This document shows, in pieces, positions 24,272 to 38,700 of a stretch of 64,000 nt of DNA. Numbering within the stretch: the first letter of the stretch is position 1; each line of letters begins with the position of its first letter. Source of the stretch: Phoronis australis (lineage: Eukaryota > Animalia > Phoronida); contig NMRA01000010.1 of NCBI GenBank assembly GCA_002633005.1, positions 1,047,252-1,111,251 of the forward strand, in the 5' to 3' direction. The position numbers and the translations under genes were made by a program. Below the pieces are notes generated by a model. It saw only the letters and a list, made by a program, of their open reading frames with translations, was not told the origin of the DNA and searched no databases.

Positions 24272-27200
24272 ACTGCGTTCCGTAGACACAAGCTACGCCG
24301 CTTATCTAACGAAAACAGTGAAGTATATCCCTCAATTTAATATTCCAGCTCACCGACTAATCATTTCAATGGCCCCATATAGGGTAAGTAGTAGGTCACG
24401 AGCATATTAGCGAAATTAACACTCGCCTTTCAGCCGCATGACTGCCGCGTCGTGGTACTTTTTTCACTAACAACCTGAACTAGATCGCAATAAAAGGCAA
24501 ACGCCTTATCAACTGTCTCCTCCAAGCTCTATGATTCGACGTTCCTTGAACCTAAGTCGAACTACTCTCACACTACGATCGCGACTGTGTCTTAAACAAG
24601 TCCTGCCGGTCGCTTCCAACTTTTGGACAAATGTTGGTAGACTCAGTTAGCGGATAATTCAGGTAATAACAGTCCGATATCGGATGAGAAACAATAATAT
24701 TACTGCAGAGTTTTCAATTTTTTTACGTTTTGGGGGATATGAGTCAAACGCGAGCAGTACGGCGTTATACAGATAAATTCATTTTCCTTCACCAGCGGGT
24801 GTATTGGCTGACAGACGTGAAGACTTTGGACGTTTTAAAATGTGCTTTAATGATTGGCACATCTGTTGTTTGCTGTGATTAGTTCATCTGTTGTTTGTTG
24901 ATAAATAAAAAGAAGCGTGTATTTCGATTGAGCCATTGTCGAAGAACGCAGAGTTTGTTAACCATTACGGCTTGACACACTGTCGCCCTCTTGCGAAGTG
25001 GTAAGAAATCGGACTCGTGGGAAAAATCCTGCGCCTTTTGGATATTTTAGGAATATGTTTTAAACAGTTTCAATTTCGATTGATCTTTTAACGGACTTAG
25101 CTTCAGGTGAGGGCAACACATAAAACAAGGTCCCACCTTGTTGATAAGGGGGTCATTCGAAACTGGTCGACTGAAGGAGTGAAACATTGTGGCAAACATG
25201 GTATTGCTCGAAAATAGTGCGTTGTTGCGATAAAAAATGTGGCGACCAGGAGGTTGTCTCTAAATTAGTGGGAAAATTGTAACAAGTGGTGGCACCTCAA
25301 ATGATTATACTGTCTACTGACTCTTTATAGCTTAGAGAACTCCATAGTTATGAACAATTTAAAACTTCAGTAAAAAACGCGCCGGTTACGTTGTATGGTT
25401 CATCACGGTTAGTCACGGAAAGCGTACGCATTGCCACCGGTTTCGCCATGTATCGCCACGACCGTTCCCGGTCTCCAAAGCCGCAGCTCCCCGTGGCTGT
25501 AAACAAGACGATCTGACTTTTAAATGTTGCAGTCAAAGACACAAATTATTGATTTGACATTTCAGATGATTGGCGTATATTGGTTGACTTTGACAGATTA
25601 CTCATTGTTTGATTACGAGATGTACTCGGCTACACTTTGACGGGAGGTGCATCTAGAAGAACTGGACGCCCACCCATTTAGAGATTAGATTCGAATAGGG
25701 GGTATTCAGCTTTCATCATAAGGCTCCCTTTCATAGATCACTGTTAGAGATAGGCCTACGCCAACCCTTTAAGATACACTTTTTAACCCGTTAATCTGGA
25801 ATCTGTGCAAGAGGCAGTTGCCGATATGTCTGCATCATTTGTTACCAGTTTTAAATCTAGGCTGCATATTAATAGCCTGCAGGTAATTGAGGATATTTAT
25901 ATTTTGTATAGAAATAACACCTTGCAGCTTGTTTTCCTCTAAACTAGCGAAAGTCGCTTCTTAAGGATCATCGCGAGAGTGAAGCTATTGAAACTGCACA
26001 AGACCTTTTCTGTGCAATGCTCTGGGAAATATTTCCCACACCGGTCACATATTGCTGTTGCCTCACTCGAAAAAGGGCAGTGCACTCCCACATCGATCAA
26101 TAGAGACATTCTATGATACAATGTTCTGAACTATAGTTGCTTTTGGATGATGAGAGTTCGTGAGAATCACGTCCATTACGTCTATTGCAAGTATTGATTG
26201 AGGTGACCAAAGTCAGCTAATTATGCAGATAATTTGAATTAATAATCTCTCTTGTGTTGGCATCTATAGAATGAGTGTTAAAGTTACCTGTGCCGATTTG
26301 AAAAAGGAGTGAGTGCCCTAAACAAATATGAACAGTTACATTCACATGGACGTTCGTGTTAGTACTTCTCAGGGAGTTATACGTACTTAAAGTTTGACTT
26401 TAAAGCTGCGTCTCGCGCTCTTAACGAAATCGAAGTAGACCTTTTACTCTCATATAAAATTGAACACATAATTTTCCTTGACGTGATAAAATTTTTTGTC
26501 TGATTCCAGCAAGAACACCTGCGGTATAAACCAGTACCAGTTCTGGATTATTCTCGCGTGTAAGCTCACCTGTTCAGGTACAATACACCATATAATCTTC
26601 TGTTTTCGTCAGATCACGCTCTTCTCTCGCCCAGTGCACAGCTGTGACATACAAGCCCATATTACGGTACCAGTCATGTGATCGAACCATTGAATCATAC
26701 ACAGCGCAACCTTATACGTACGAAACATCATGCAATTGAACCACAAAATCAAAAAAGCCATGTGGCTCCTACGAAAGATTGGATGATTGTATGCCTGATT
26801 TTTGTTCGAACGGTTGAAGTCGCGGTTAGCATGCATGATTTTTGTTTATACGTACATGTACATGTATGATACTCTGATTCCAACGTATGATGGTATGGTT
26901 CCCACTGCAAAAGAGAGCAAACTGCCACTGTACAATCATCCAATGTACCTCGGATGAGTTGTTCTTCTAGTTTTCTCCTTTGTAGCTGAACCGCTGTAAT
27001 TTTCGCTTACATGCTAACGCTGTATCTTAACGAGGACTCTCCAGCCTGTTGAACGATCACTTAGCATAGTTTGAATAAAAATAATGGTTTCTTTGTGATA
27101 CAAGTTCAAGAAAGCATGAAAAATAACCCGGTCGGGGCAGAGATCTTTCCAGACTTAACTCACGTGATGTGGTCAACATATGGCGTGAAATGAAGACAAA

Positions 27201-27289
27201 TAGTTTTTATGTTCGACATATGTCCCGAAAATGGCAGGTGCGCTGATTTGTAACAACACAATTTTATACTCTGCCCCCAAATTCCTTTT

Positions 27290-27376
27290 GGCAGATCGGG
27301 GGTGCGAATGTCGGACGGGCAAACCCCTGGCTAATACTCTGCCCTGCCCTAACTCAAAAACCTGGATCCGCTCCTG
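27290..27376 (-). mobile_element. Partial copy of the CAGGGGCGGATCCAGG MITE family
   Basis: Ends in CCTGGATCCGCTCCTG. Its internal sequence matches the reverse complement of 58943-59030. Confidence 0.65.
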
Positions 27377-30300
27377 TTCCCTATATATGACTGCAATGCG
27401 CTAGAAATTTGCCAGCTGCCGCTCGAACATTGGAGTTCCACAGGGAAATCCATTGGCATATTTGGTGATTGGGGTCGATTGTATGTCTGATACATTGGGG
27501 GTGATTTCAAGGCTACTCATAGTGGTGATTATACTGTGCTTAACAAACTACCACCTTAAAAACTGTCATGGGTGCATTTGTAAGGTTTTTGCAAAGAAAA
27601 CAGTTCCTGTGTGTATTTTTCTTTTTTTATTTTTAAGGCGGCCGTAAACCCACCTTCCACCAGACAGACTAAGTTTTGATCCACATACCGTTCGTCTCGA
27701 AAAGATCCTTAGTCAAATTAAAGGTGATTTCGTGGCTTTGAAAAAATGAACGACTCATAATAAGGCTGCACAAGTCTTCTTGTCACGGCGTGTTATTTTA
27801 TGCGTCGAGCATGGCCTCCAGGAATATCGAACTATTAGTTCTTTGCAAACTCAATGGGAAGTCACTTCTAATTTGAGTAAGGGACGCGTTGAGTATAATG
27901 TTATAGCGCTAAGTGGTACTAAGTAACAATGGTCTTCTTGAACCTAATACGTGAAGCAGACGCACGCCAGAATAAAATTCGTTATCCGGTCTAACCGGTC
28001 AGTAACTAGCAGTTACGTATATATTTACGTAGTCTTAGCACATGGTTTGTATTAGTGAGATTTGGCCATTTTTGGAAATAGGAATAGAGAGCGTAAGATT
28101 ACATTTCCGGCTTAAATCTTAAACCACTTTTCATGCAGCCCGCAGACACTTGAGAGGGAGGAGCGACGGGTGCGAACGGACCCACACCGGCGGCTTGCAA
28201 GTCCGCCAAGCAATCGACCGTTGGCACTTTAGGTCCGCCTCAGCCTGATTCAGAAAAACTTTCGTTTCTAAACCACTCGAAACTTGAGTTTATACCATTT
28301 GGTTTTTGCTCATTATTCCGAAGAAATGGAGAAACGTGCGTAATTCATACATAAAATCAGTAAAATTAGGGCTGTTTCCAATTGTATCTTCATCATGGTC
28401 CCAACATTCGGCACGAGTCTGAAATGACTGTTATAATAGAAAACACCCTTTCTGTTCGAGAAATTGGATTGAAGACGAACTACATTTTGTTGTTTGTTTG
28501 CTTTTGTTTGTGATGCATTTCATGATCTCAGAAAAATGTACGCACTGTATTTATTTTGACAGTTTTCAATCTTGATAAATTTCATTCATCTGATGGTAGA
28601 ATGTAAAAGTTATGTTGTCCTAAATATTTTTTACGCTTTGAAAAGAAAAAAAAATGTTATGCCGAGAAATGTTTGATGCTTAAGTATTATGAGATTGAAC
28701 ACTATTTTTGTACAGTGACCCTCTGGAAATAAACATTCATTCAAGCAATTCAAAGCTAATCAAAAAGCTAAGAAACGAGAATTCGGCAACTTTAAAAATC
28801 TGGGGAATCTGTGAATGAGTGACGTTCACGACTGACAATCCGGGAGTGGAATAATGCGCAATGACATGAACAGCAGATATGATCGCAATTTCGCATCTAC
28901 CCGTTACAAAATCTGGTCACAGGTATGAGAACGGATATTTTGGAAGCTCGTTAAGTCTGCTTCAATCCATTTCACATGCATTCTAGTTGTGTTGATAAAA
29001 CCCCAAACTAATATAAAATAGACCAAACTGCTGGTGGAGGAAAACAAATAATAGGTATTTCCAGTTTGCAAGCGTACGATAGCCAATTTATAAAATGTCA
29101 TGAAATAGTTTTCCCAATACTATGAATAGTATGAAAGATAATTCAAAGCCTCATGAGCCCTCAAAAGGCTCTTTACAAATTATATGTTCTGGTAATTGAA
29201 ACCTCAAGAGACTTGGCGAAGTAATCGTGAATTGATCTCCTCCGTATTGACGGCAAAGCAGGAGAATAGATCGACTACATGCGTTAGTACCAACTTGTCA
29301 TTATTTACAGCAAATTTAGAAATTTGCACTTAGAGAAGTGAAATTTACACATTCTGCATATTTCGATCGATTACACTAAAACCACTGTAGGATAAGAGCA
29401 GTGCACGACGAAAACGGGCTACGCCGAGTTGATTAGGGGCAAAGTCCAATCTCTGAAATGGAACTCCAAAATAGTTATGTTACTTTTTAAGCTTTAGCGT
29501 CATATAAATATTAAGTATCGTTTATTTCGTTCTTGAGGACAATATGGTTTAGGTAAGTCAAGCACATGAACCAGGTCCGCGCTTGATGACCCCTAGATTC
29601 CATTTACTATCTCGGGCTCGAGTTTAAAATTGAAATTTCGAGGTCGAAATGTGGAAGGAATTTAAAGAGTCACCATGTGCGAGGTTTGATCTAATCATCA
29701 AAGTAAATTGTCATGAATGTGAGCACAAACTCCAGAAAACAAAAAGTATTTATCTAAAACAGAACAGAAAATATCGTCCAATGTAATTTAGAGTTCCAGT
29801 TCCCTTTTCATGACAGGTTTACGGTTAATTACAACACTAGCCTCACACCATCATTCGTCAGGTTATGCACAATGTTGTTGATGTGATGACAATGAACATT
29901 TAAGATTAAGGTGGTGCTTCATGACAAGGACTTTTACCGTGAACAGGCAAAACCAATCTCGACCGGTTTTGTGAGGTTTTGCTGGTCGCGACTGCATGGC
30001 AAAGATTAGTGACATAATGAGTATGGTATCCCATTTTGAAACCAAGATTTGAAAATTACGTACAAGTAAGATTTATAAATCGCTTCTGATTGATGTTAGA
30101 AATATCGATCTAGTGTCACAACTGTCTCGGTATTTTACAAAAGTTACAATTGGGGGTATTGATGTTGGTCTGCTAATTAGCTTAAAATCAAAATAAGTAC
30201 GTGTATGAGAAACGATATGTGGTGAAATAGAGCTTGATTAAGTGGCAAAACCTTGACACGGTGGGATTGCTCCTCCGTAGACTTCCGCGAAAGTGCATCC

Positions 30301-31529
30301 GGGTGTGTGTTCAGTTTCAGTGGTCAGTACTCCGCTTAGTGATTTACATGTATAGGCATTGTTGCTGGCGGGGGTTGGGCACAGGCGGGATGGTAGGTGT
30401 CCTTAATAATTTGCAGTGAGTGAGAGAGAAACCTTCATACCGATCGGCATACACGTAAGGGGGTATTAGAGAAAAGATAGACACGTTGGGAGATGGACAC
30501 TACATAGATGAAAAGTTGGAATCTATTTGTCCATTATCGGTGCTTGGTTTACCCTTTGCTGGTCTGACCCGGCCAGAAAATTTTGTGGTAGGGGCCCCCA
30601 TTTTTTAAAAATTTTTGAGAATAATTTTGGGGGGGTCATATTCTCGGCACCCTACTAAATTGAAGTTTGTAGGATATACATCCCTTATAAAATGTCAAAA
30701 TCCTGCCGTAAGCCCGTAACCGCGTCACGTGACAATTTCTCGCCAAATGTTGTTGAATCACGGCTATCCATCTTTCTGAACGATTCCTCCATGGGATTTT
30801 CCTCGCAAACAACACCGTGCGCACGACTATGCCAAATGAGGGCGAAATTGGCTACCACCAGTTACAGACTGAAATGATAGTTACAGGGAAGAATCTGATT
30901 TTATGGCCACGGGGGCAAAAGTTTGGTGAAATCAATTAGTTTGTTCACTCCTCCCCAATATTCTTTACTTTGTGTGTGACCATTAAAGGCGACCATTGAG
31001 GGGAAGTAAAACTGTGCTGACCTCAGGGCGAAACTAGTGATAGTGCAGACGAACCTGTAGACAATCGGGAGGAGGGTTGCACTCACATTTGTTTCTTCCC
31101 CCTTCCCCCACTGAAGCAAACCTTTCTAACCGGATGTGGCTGGTGTCAGTGATTAGTTGAACTACAGAACATACAAAATGTCAGGATGGAAATATAACAC
31201 CAAACGCTGTTATCATTGTTAATGTCAATGTTTGTGTCAGATGACCACTACTATTGTTTTTGTTAATTCAGTAATTGGAACGACTCCAATGACAATGCTA
31301 GTCACCAGCTGATACGTGGTAAGGTATTGGAATATATGTTGATGTTTTTAAGGTATAAAACTTTCATGAAACGAAAACCAAAATAACTGCAAAACAACGT
31401 GCCAATATAGCACGCGCAATATCAACCATGCAAAGAACGTCACAATATAAAAATAGCGCAAAAACAAGATAAAAACACCTATCATGCAAACAGTATAAAA
31501 AATAAGAGAAAGGCAACAGACATATAGTA

Positions 31530-32454
31530 CGGTGGCTGGGAAAGGATTAATAGAGCGTTTCTTTTTTAAAATCTCAGGATCTCGAGATTCCAGGATAATT
31601 ATCGCAGGATATTCAGATCCAGACTTAATTGTCGCAGGATCACGAGATAATATTTAGTGTCCACAGGATCGCTGTGCATTGACTGGGAAAGAGGTGAGAC
31701 GTACAACTCAAACAGTGGATTCCACCTTAAATAAAAACGAAGCAATTTCACTACCAATGTGCTGTGGCACTATTTTGCGCTTCGAAACACCTTTTACGCT
31801 ATATCTTGCATTAAGTTCCTAGTGCATTAAGTAAGATAAACAAAAAGCTGAAAGAACAATTGATATTTTCAATGACTACTAAATAGTGATCGATTTTACA
31901 TGTTTAACTAGCGTCAACTAATTATTAACAACGCACCCGGATATGTATGGCTGTGACCATTCAAAATACAACATTTAGGACAACTTCGAGAAATTGTAAG
32001 ATGTTGTCAAATGTAATAAAACCAGCATATGAAATATGAAATTTAAAAAAACTGTGCACTTCATTAGATTCACAGCTCGGCTGAACTGAAAACTGTACGT
32101 CGCTTTATTTAGAATCCAGTTGGTAATGATACATGTAACAAAGCCTGTATTCACATTGATTACAACAAATTGTGGCAGTCAAATTTAAATATAACGTTTA
32201 AATTAAAATGCCGAAATTTGGCTAATTTCGGAACATCATGGGGTGTCTCAGAAATGGCGTTTACAACAGAATTTTAAAATTCAAAACTGCTATTCTAATC
32301 GTTATTTTCAATCGGTAAGCAGGCTTGGAAGTCTTAACGCCATGTTACCCTAAATCACATTGGTTCAAAAAGGACATTTATCTCGAGATCCTGTGCTGAT
32401 TAAGTCGGGATTTTGACATCTAGAGCAACGCGCGATGTCCTTTCCCAGACACCG
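31530..32454. mobile_element. Non-autonomous DNA transposon with TA flanks (Tc1/mariner-like)
   Basis: TA|CGGTGGCTGGGAAAGGA ... TCCTTTCCCAGACACCG|TA, with subterminal CAGGATCTCGAGAT repeats and an inverted copy near the right end. Confidence 0.7.
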
Positions 32455-34813
32455 TAGTATTGAGTTCTGTAATGTTTGGATTATAATATGCTATCATTCA
32501 GTCACAACTTATGAAAGAACTGGAGTATACGAATACAAGTCGGAGAAGAAATATGGCGTTGCTAAACAATGTGATAGGTTATAATATACTTTGAAGGTCG
32601 TACATGTATAACAAGTAAATCACTGGTTATCGTTCATAATTATTTGCGGAGTGTTTAAGATTTACTTGAGTTTACTTAAATTAGATATGTGTGTGTGCAT
32701 TTGTAATTCTTTATAAATTGATAATTTATTCATCTTAGTCTAATCTAAAACTGCAACTTCCTCTTGTTTAGTTGTTCGAAAACGAGATGAAAACGAGACC
32801 ACTTTCCCAACCAAGTTTGCCCCCAAAATTAAATCACATGGGCGCTGAAAAAAGTGGGGGCTATAGTGCCCCCCCCCCCCNNNCCCCCCCAGCCCCCTAT
32901 GGTGCGCCAACCACGAATCAACGTTATAGCGCTTCCTTTTGAATGCCACAAAAACATTTCGGGTATTTACGAGACGGCACTAAATACAGTCCTTCCAGAA
33001 TTTGACCGTTTCAGTTAAATCAGTTAAACCTCGGTCCTCTCTTAATTTCAACTGAACATTGAAACTGAGGGTCTTGGAAACATCTTAGCCCAATTTGATA
33101 ACTTTGACCACCATTTTTTGTTTCATGTTTAAACAGTATAAGTGATAAAGATTGCAGTTTTAATTAATGTATAAACTTTGGAGGAAAAGCCATGGTTGTT
33201 TCAAATTTGATACTTAGATTTAAAAATCTCAGCATCATACATCAGAATGTCAAACTTAACGGTGGTGTTAATTTGATGAGGCATGAATTAACAAAATTCA
33301 ACCTAGTCGTGACGAAATTGACTGAAATATCTAAAGGAATTCTAGGCATTTAGGTTTCGATTCGTTCTACTGCCTTCAAGATGCTACCTTACATTGTCGT
33401 GAGATGGCGCCTGCTTTCAGTCGTATAACTGAAAACTGGCTATAATTCTACACATCCACTTTTTGTCAAATATGCAAAATAATCCTAATTTATGAATGAG
33501 ATTAATTACGATTTTGTTTCTTGTTGTAGAATCACTTATTTTTCTCTTTTATGGTCTCGGTGTAACCCAAAAGAATTAAAATGTCTGTATATTTCATAGT
33601 ACTTGATCTTCAAATTCTACTGTTACATTTTATTCCACGGGCTCTATGAATTCAAGGCACTGAACTCCTTTTCCCTGGCAAGAAAGTCAACATGTTCCCG
33701 CGGGCTTGTTGTTATCGGCAGCGGTATTCATGATGTACGTGAACAAAAGATCCCGTTGAGAAAACTAAACAAACAGTTGCCTTTTAACCCCATCCATATG
33801 TTACGTAACTAAGGTGTGTATGTTTTGCTATATGTTTGTCACTTAAAAGAAAGTCCGGACTTCTGTGTATTCATGTCCTTTAAAGAAACTAATTCAGTAC
33901 TAAATTAACGTGCTGTACATTGCTCTATACATGTAAATGCACGTCGTCTGACCCGTTGCCCCTTGGACACTTCGAATTATACGGCAATTTTAACACGTCG
34001 GTGCTACAAACTGATTCACCTAATGGGCTCATGAACACTGAGCCTATTGTGTTAATGTGCGGGACAAGGTGCGTGTGTCATGACTTTTTGTTAGTCTACG
34101 GGTTAGCTTCAGTTCACTGTTCATAATTAATCAAGAGTGCGCGAAATGTCGAAACAGTCATGGATCAGATGGGGTACTCAAAAAGGAAGATAAGATCACG
34201 ATTGAACGTAAGTGTCGGGTTACAAGTGGTCCGAAGGGTTTTATTTTTTATCACTGTCGCTAATTCATCTGTTTACATTTTGTTTCTCGCCTGACGTCAC
34301 GCCAATGTAACGCTGTTGCGCAGTACCACAAAAGACGATAACCTCCTCGAAGGAATATTATGAACCCAGTGAGGAGTTGACTGATTCAGTTCGGGGTTGA
34401 AGATGCATTCCGGTAACACAAATACTTAAGCTTCTTATAATATATTGTGAACTCACCAACCGGAGTGTGGAGTATATTTGACACCTGAAGATTTGTTGCC
34501 GAGCACAAGATAACGCTTAGGTGTATTGTGCAGCTACTGTTGAGGGGCGGCCGATCAACCAATGACAGTTGGACGGTGGATGAGAGGGAATGGTTTATAT
34601 CCAATACACGAGTTCTCAGTGCGATTGTGTCGTTCGTTATTGATGTTTAATTAGTATTTTATTTGCCATTCAATGACGACATTTACAAGCTGCTCTTGGA
34701 TGCGAATGAAACTTCGTCCAGTTATACGGTCGTGCATCGCACTATAAAGGAGATTGTGTTTTAATTAGACGCAATGTTTTGATCAGTGATTAAAACGGTG
34801 ATTTCAAGCTGCC

Positions 34814-35782
34814 ATGGGAATGGAAGACAACAACATTCGAATTCTGACGCTTACGTCTAGACAACGAAAACATGCTTTGGGTAAATCTTACTTGGAGAAT
34901 ACTTATTCAGGATCACTGCCAAACTTGAATCAGGGACTAAAACCGATACCAGGTAACAAATTCGACAATAATAATACACCAAAGCAATCAGCACCTAGTC
35001 ACGGAGGTCGCACGTCGATGGCCAGTTTCTCAAAGAGCCCAATGAACAGCAGGAGAAGTTTTCCAGACCCCACCAAGAAATACAAACTGGGAACGGTAAG
35101 AAGATTCCTCAGTGCTGAAGCTATATCGGACCAGCATTCATCTTGCCCAGATCTTTCAACGAAAGGATTGGTGGGTCCTGACTCAAACATGTCACGAAAT
35201 AGACACTTTCGACGTCACACAAACATTAAAGTGGTACCGTCGCCGCCAGCAACATTGACACCACTGGATTCGCCATCCTCAACACCGAAAAATGTCCGCC
35301 GGCGCCATAATATAGGCAACGAGGAGCAGTCTCCGTTGCTTTCTCGTTCGCTGATTTCAAACACTCTCATGAAGCGTGGGTCGGATTTGCTTAGTGAAGA
35401 TTTTCTGAGTCTGTCCTTCGGCTCTGGAACATCATGGAAATGCATACCCAAAGCTAGATCTGGTAACTTTCATTTTATCTATTCCGAAGACACAAATCAG
35501 ACAAATGAACAGGTTGGAAAGGATGGCGAAACTGTTAACCAATATGAAGAAAACACGCAGCTCGTCCGTGATGATGAACAAAACGGATGTGTTGTGGTTG
35601 AAGATTATTGTGGCCAATCAGATACGGAAAATGACCAAATTTGCAATAAGGAGGAAGATGAAGGGGACATCGTGGATCAGGAACTCATGGACAAGTGTAG
35701 ATTGTGGCTGAAAGGAGTAGAGGCCGCGAAGGGTGAGAGGAGTCTTGAAGACGTAACGCGGGCGGATATCTCGTGGAGATAA
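34814..35782 (+). CDS. Intronless 322-aa Ser/Pro/Arg-rich, probably disordered protein with a PRR18-like C-terminal motif
   Basis: Long ORF in AT-rich DNA with GCCATGG Kozak context. An acidic stretch is followed by DQELMDKCRLWLKGVEAAK, resembling the KCxxWLxGVE motif at the end of vertebrate PRR18 (recalled, not searched). Confidence 0.8.
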   Translation: MGMEDNNIRILTLTSRQRKHALGKSYLENTYSGSLPNLNQGLKPIPGNKFDNNNTPKQSAPSHGGRTSMASFSKSPMNSRRSFPDPTKKYKLGTVRRFLSAEAISDQHSSCPDLSTKGLVGPDSNMSRNRHFRRHTNIKVVPSPPATLTPLDSPSSTPKNVRRRHNIGNEEQSPLLSRSLISNTLMKRGSDLLSEDFLSLSFGSGTSWKCIPKARSGNFHFIYSEDTNQTNEQVGKDGETVNQYEENTQLVRDDEQNGCVVVEDYCGQSDTENDQICNKEEDEGDIVDQELMDKCRLWLKGVEAAKGERSLEDVTRADISWR

Positions 35783-38700
35783 CGTCGAATTCAAGATTGT
35801 GCTTCGGGTCTGTCTTTAGCCTTTACAAGCAATGCGTCGCGTATGGAACGGAAACAATGAATTCAATCCCACAATTCAACATTCCAGCCTCGATGACCAA
35901 TCACTAATCAGTGGCCACCCTTTTGCTACGATGTGAGCTTGTACGTACGTCCTCGCGTAACACTCGCTTTCCACTGGTGTGGCTTTGGGAGTTGTTGCTA
36001 GATTTTGCTTTCCTCGCAAAAACGTGCTCTACAGAACGCTGTTCAGCGATTGTAACCAGCAAGGAAACTCTCAAACCAACGTCACTGTTTAGTACTATTT
36101 TTGCAATTGTCCCCAATATTGCATCCAATGTGTTCTCATTATTGAACCCGCTTTGATTCTTGCGGGCTTCCAGAACATTTTTATCTTGAAATTGCATGCA
36201 GAGTGTATTTTTCAGCTTTGTAATGTAGCTATATTTTACAAACACTTTCATATTCAGTTCTGTTCATCGTCGTAAGTTGAGCGATATTGTAAATTCCCTC
36301 CCTTTTACCAAAAAGCAGTAAAACATACAGTTATATTTGTGTAAATCTATTGTGGATTAATGATTGCCCTCAGTGCCGGCATCTCAACAAAATCAGCACA
36401 AATGGTAAAAGCAATTACATTCATATTTTCAAAATGAACAAGGTTGCAACTGATGTTTTGCTCCTCTGGTGATTAAGTTCACTTTTTATGTATTTTGTGC
36501 GATTTTGATGTATTTTCGAATATTTGTTGTTCTATTGGGCCAATGGCCTCGAAGTATATACAATAAAGCCACCATAATTGCATTTACATAAAAGACATAG
36601 ACCACTCCAGTCATAAATGTACACTCCTGTAAACAGTAGATGCATGATTCAAAAACTATATTGCAAGACAGCCTGAAGAGGTTACTGTTGATAAATCGAC
36701 ATAATAGAAACTTCTGTGATTTGAAATTCACGAGATGGTTGTATTTATTTACACCATGGCCACAAACTGGCGTGATTAAAACAAAAGTCTTTAAAATGAC
36801 AGTGGTCGTTCTTATGTAGCTGCTGAGTGCACTGTAATAAGCGCTTTATTTACATTAATGCTCAATATTATAAACTAACTGTCAGTTTCAATAAAGGACT
36901 TGTACGAATAAGACAGGAACTGGCATCTATAACTGCCTTTGTATTAAAAAATACAATATCCTGACCTTATGAGCAACATGTCCGCATACAGGGTAATGGA
37001 CGTGTGATGTGAAGCACAATAATGTCCGCCTTTCTACCGGCCCGTGTCAACTGCACGTTGAGGATTTGAAATTTTATAACTTCAAACCAAAGTGTCGTTT
37101 TTTACTTAAATGAATGCTTTGATTATCTCCGAGTTAATGTCATTTATGAGTGTTGGGCAACTTATCTTGAAAGCCTTGAAAGCTTTTAGGTAATGATAAG
37201 ATTGCGCGTCATCAAACGCAGACGATCGTCAAACTTGCGCACACTTCAACTTCGGGGCGCCAACTAAATGTGCACAAAAAACACAGACGGGTTCAATATT
37301 CTTGTGTCAATCGTTATGATCAACACTACACGTCTGCTTGTCAAGTTCTCGAAGTTTGTTAACAAACAGCTGAGAAAACAGGACATTCAAACGAGAACTT
37401 ATACTCTTATCTATGATGTCTTGTGTCAATACTTAATGTGAGGACGAGAAATGAGAATTTCTTTGGAGATCGGATTTTATGTACATCAGTGGGAAGATGT
37501 ATCGGCGTGCACAAACAAGATTTGAATACGAACTATGGATTATATATGACTAGTCTTTGAGCTTTGGGTATCCAAGCCTTTCAACAATTAACCCGAGTAA
37601 CTCGTTGTGGAATTCCAAAACTGTCAGTTGTTAACGCGTACGGGTTTTAAACGCGTGCAGGTGCGACTCATTAACGGGCTTATCTGCTTCGTAACGAGTT
37701 ACATGTAATGTGCTGCGAGATGAATGTTCGCGTCACGATGTAAAGCGACCAAGGCTGACAGGTCACGCAGCCCAAGAACAATTTCATCATGTAGACTTGT
37801 ACACGTCCGTTCTGCAACTTGACCCTTTCATTTATGCGTGAATATTAATTATTCAGAGACTGACACAAGCAGTGGAATCCTTTACTGCCACTGTGTTGCT
37901 GACATTTTGTCGTTAGCTCATGACTAACGAATAAGGTGGCACTGAACAGTTAGGCAGCGGCCGCGGCCAATTTGCACTGCCAAAATATTACAATCTAGGG
38001 GTAGGCCAGGCTTGGGGGCATTTTAGTTAGGTATAGTATGTAGGCCAAGTGAATGTGGTTTGTTTGTATTGTTCAACATGTTGAGAATAAAAAAGGACCA
38101 CTTGCTCGGCTGTAGCTGCACTCTTCTTCAAGATGGTGGCCCCCTGTTTCAATTGTGCATTACTGGGTAGCGACTGTGAAATTGGCCGCGATTACAGGAA
38201 GCCCTCAAACAACCCAGATTTGCAAACATCTAGTTGGTTGACAGTACTTTTGGACCACATTTTTGGAGTTGGCAGAAAATTGGCTTTCGGGATCTAATGT
38301 TGGCCTTAGGCGAGGATCGGCAGAGAAATGGTGGTTTTAGGGTGAAAAGTGCCGACTTTGCATTTTTTGCCCCTATTTTTCTTATAGTCTACCTTGGTTT
38401 TCAGTGGGAGTGAAAGGGTCGAAAATACAAGAGAGAATAAAGTTTCTGTGCTCATCTGTATAGCTTGTAATATGAAATGACTCAAAACTTTTCTTTATTT
38501 GCATGCAGTTTTTGACAAATTAAAGAATTGGTGAAGAGTCCATTGGCGTGTGTTCTGATAGGCAAACCCATGTGAGAACTGTTGTGTGCCTCCGAAGCCA
38601 ATGGCAATTGACCCCGGAGTGGGGTTTGTTAATGATGCGGTGACTGGACAGCTTCAGAGTCCTGTGTGTTGCTTTACCTTTCAAACTGTCCTCTCACCAC

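Noticed and set aside
25620-25880. Possible LINE 3' remnant
   Set aside because: Only a faint resemblance (FKSRL-like end); too decayed to call.
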